From the NCBI GenBank assembly GCA_047601855.1, contig JASGIM010000003.1, positions 576,797 to 640,796 of the forward strand: a stretch of DNA of 64,000 nucleotides. Reading direction: 5' to 3'. The notes beneath the pieces were generated by a model. It was not told the DNA's origin. It ran no database searches and saw only the letters and a program-made list of their open reading frames with translations. Every line of letters starts with the position of its first letter. The stretch's first letter is position 1. Source of the stretch: Flavobacteriales bacterium (GTDB lineage Bacteria; Bacteroidota; Bacteroidia; Flavobacteriales_F; PHOS-HE28). Below, one piece after another: positions 62,665 to 64,000 of the stretch. A program made the position numbers and the translations under genes.

Positions 62665-63636
62665 ATGGAGGAGGCCACACCCCCGCCCGCGCCGCGACGA
62701 CGTACGGTCCGTGAGCGTTGGAGCGGCCTGAACGAGTGGATCAAGGCCGCGTTCATCGCAGTGCTGGCGCTGCTCTTCCTCCACTTCTTCGTGCTCCGTT
62801 GGGTCACCGTGCGCAGCACCAGCATGTACGCCACCCTCCTGCCCGGCGATGTGCTCGGCGTGGAACGCTGGCCGGTGTGGACGGGCTTCCATCGCGGGGA
62901 CATCGCCGTGTTCCGCGATCCCTTGCAGGACCGCAGCGTGATGGGCGGCCGCCAGTTGCTGGTGAAGCGCATCATGGGCCTTCCCGGCGACAAGGTGGAG
63001 CTGCGCGATGGGGCGCTTTACGTGAACGGCGAACGGCAGGCGGACGTGCCCGGCGGCACGCGCAGCTACCTGGTCCGGTTGAAGAAGGGCACCGATCCCG
63101 CCGCCATGCTGCGCGGGATCGGCCTTCCCCCCTCCTATGTGCCGATGGACCGTACCATGATCGAGCTGCCCTTGAACAAGGCCATGGCCGAAACGATCGA
63201 GCAGCGCCCGGACGTGGTGAGCGCCGAGCCGATGAGCGGCGCCCATGGCTCTCCCGGCCACATCTTCCCGTTCAGCCCGTACTTCAAATGGAACAGCGAT
63301 GACTACGGCCCGGTCATCGTTCCGGCCAAGGGCGATACCGTGACGATCAACGCTGCCACCATCCCGCTGTACGACCGCCTCATCAGCCGCTATGAGGGCA
63401 ACAAGCTCGAAGCCGTGGGGAACGAGCTGTACATCAACGGCCAAGAGACCGATGACTACGTGGTGCGGCAGAACTACTACTTCGTGCTCGGCGACAGCCG
63501 TCATTACAGCGCCGACAGCCGCTACTGGGGCTTCGTGCCGGCCGACCACCTGGTGGGCCGTGCGGGCTTCGTGCTGCTGAGCGTCGATTCCGAGGAGGGC
63601 GGTATCCGCAGCGGCCGCTGGGCCAAAGGCCTGTAG
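62665..63636 (+). CDS. Signal peptidase I, second tandem paralog
   Basis: STSMYATL, VKRIMGLPGD, LGDSRHYSADSRYWG. Confidence 0.88.
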   Translation: MEEATPPPAPRRRTVRERWSGLNEWIKAAFIAVLALLFLHFFVLRWVTVRSTSMYATLLPGDVLGVERWPVWTGFHRGDIAVFRDPLQDRSVMGGRQLLVKRIMGLPGDKVELRDGALYVNGERQADVPGGTRSYLVRLKKGTDPAAMLRGIGLPPSYVPMDRTMIELPLNKAMAETIEQRPDVVSAEPMSGAHGSPGHIFPFSPYFKWNSDDYGPVIVPAKGDTVTINAATIPLYDRLISRYEGNKLEAVGNELYINGQETDDYVVRQNYYFVLGDSRHYSADSRYWGFVPADHLVGRAGFVLLSVDSEEGGIRSGRWAKGL

Positions 63637-63659
63637 CGATGCGCCCGTACTTTCGCGCC

Positions 63660-64000
63660 ATGCGTGGATGGGGCCTTGGGCTGTTGCTGGCGATCGTGTT
63701 GGTGGCGTGCGGAACGTCGGATAAGGACCTGTGTACCCGCTTCTACAAGCCGTACCCGGACTACGTCAGTGGCCGGCCTTCCACGCTTCGCAACCGCATG
63801 CTGGGCGCCGCGATGGCGCATTACAACCAGGGCGATTACAAGCAGGCCGCAGAAGGGTTCCGCGCAGTGGTGGACCTGGACGAGCACGACCTGACGGCGC
63901 GCCTGTACCTCGTGAGCGCATTGCTGGGCGCCGGTGAACCCTACAAGGCCGAAATGCACCTGGACCGGATGGAGACCGCCTCGGACCAGAGCTTCCGCGA
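63660..64000 (+). CDS. TPR lipoprotein (runs off the window end)
   Basis: Not in the ORF track; reads MRGWGLGLLLAIVLVAC (lipobox) ...YNQGDYKQAAEGF...ARLYLVSALL with no stop; TACTTTCG just upstream. Confidence 0.7.
   Translation, partial: MRGWGLGLLLAIVLVACGTSDKDLCTRFYKPYPDYVSGRPSTLRNRMLGAAMAHYNQGDYKQAAEGFRAVVDLDEHDLTARLYLVSALLGAGEPYKAEMHLDRMETASDQSFR

Overview
This is a high-GC (about 65% by eye) Bacteroidota chromosomal segment, most likely Flavobacteriales-like. That assignment rests on porQ, a T9SS C-terminal-domain protein, the gyrA/clpC and parA-parB-DUF5683-dapB-lepB gene orders, and many TAnnTT(T/C)G -7 promoter motifs. Most of the window is housekeeping: two DEAD-box helicases, gyrA, clpC, rpsA, ispH, cmk, porQ, queA, lon, sulP/carbonic anhydrase, PiT/DUF47, paaY, paaZ, a prolyl oligopeptidase, parAB, dapB and two lepB. 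I saw no rRNA, tRNA, CRISPR array, transposase or integrase. Accessory content comprises a vapBC pair between two paralogous secreted-protein genes (23.5-26.7 kb), a Cys-rich lipoprotein (51.4 kb), and a clearly low-GC two-gene cassette (54.4-57.0 kb). That cassette encodes a soluble protein resembling the NdpA/YejK nucleoid-associated family plus a coiled-coil/transmembrane protein, and is the best candidate here for an uncharacterised, probably anti-phage, system. Other items worth checking are a sensor-less kinase-like protein with a degenerate G2 box beside two stand-alone receivers, a His/Pro-motif leader ORF upstream of sulP-carbonic anhydrase, and REP-like palindromes, some apparently inserted in frame in ispH and dapB. 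Several single-base frameshifts (lon, cmk, prolyl oligopeptidase, possibly dapB) look like sequencing errors. All family assignments come from motif recognition by eye; no searches were run.
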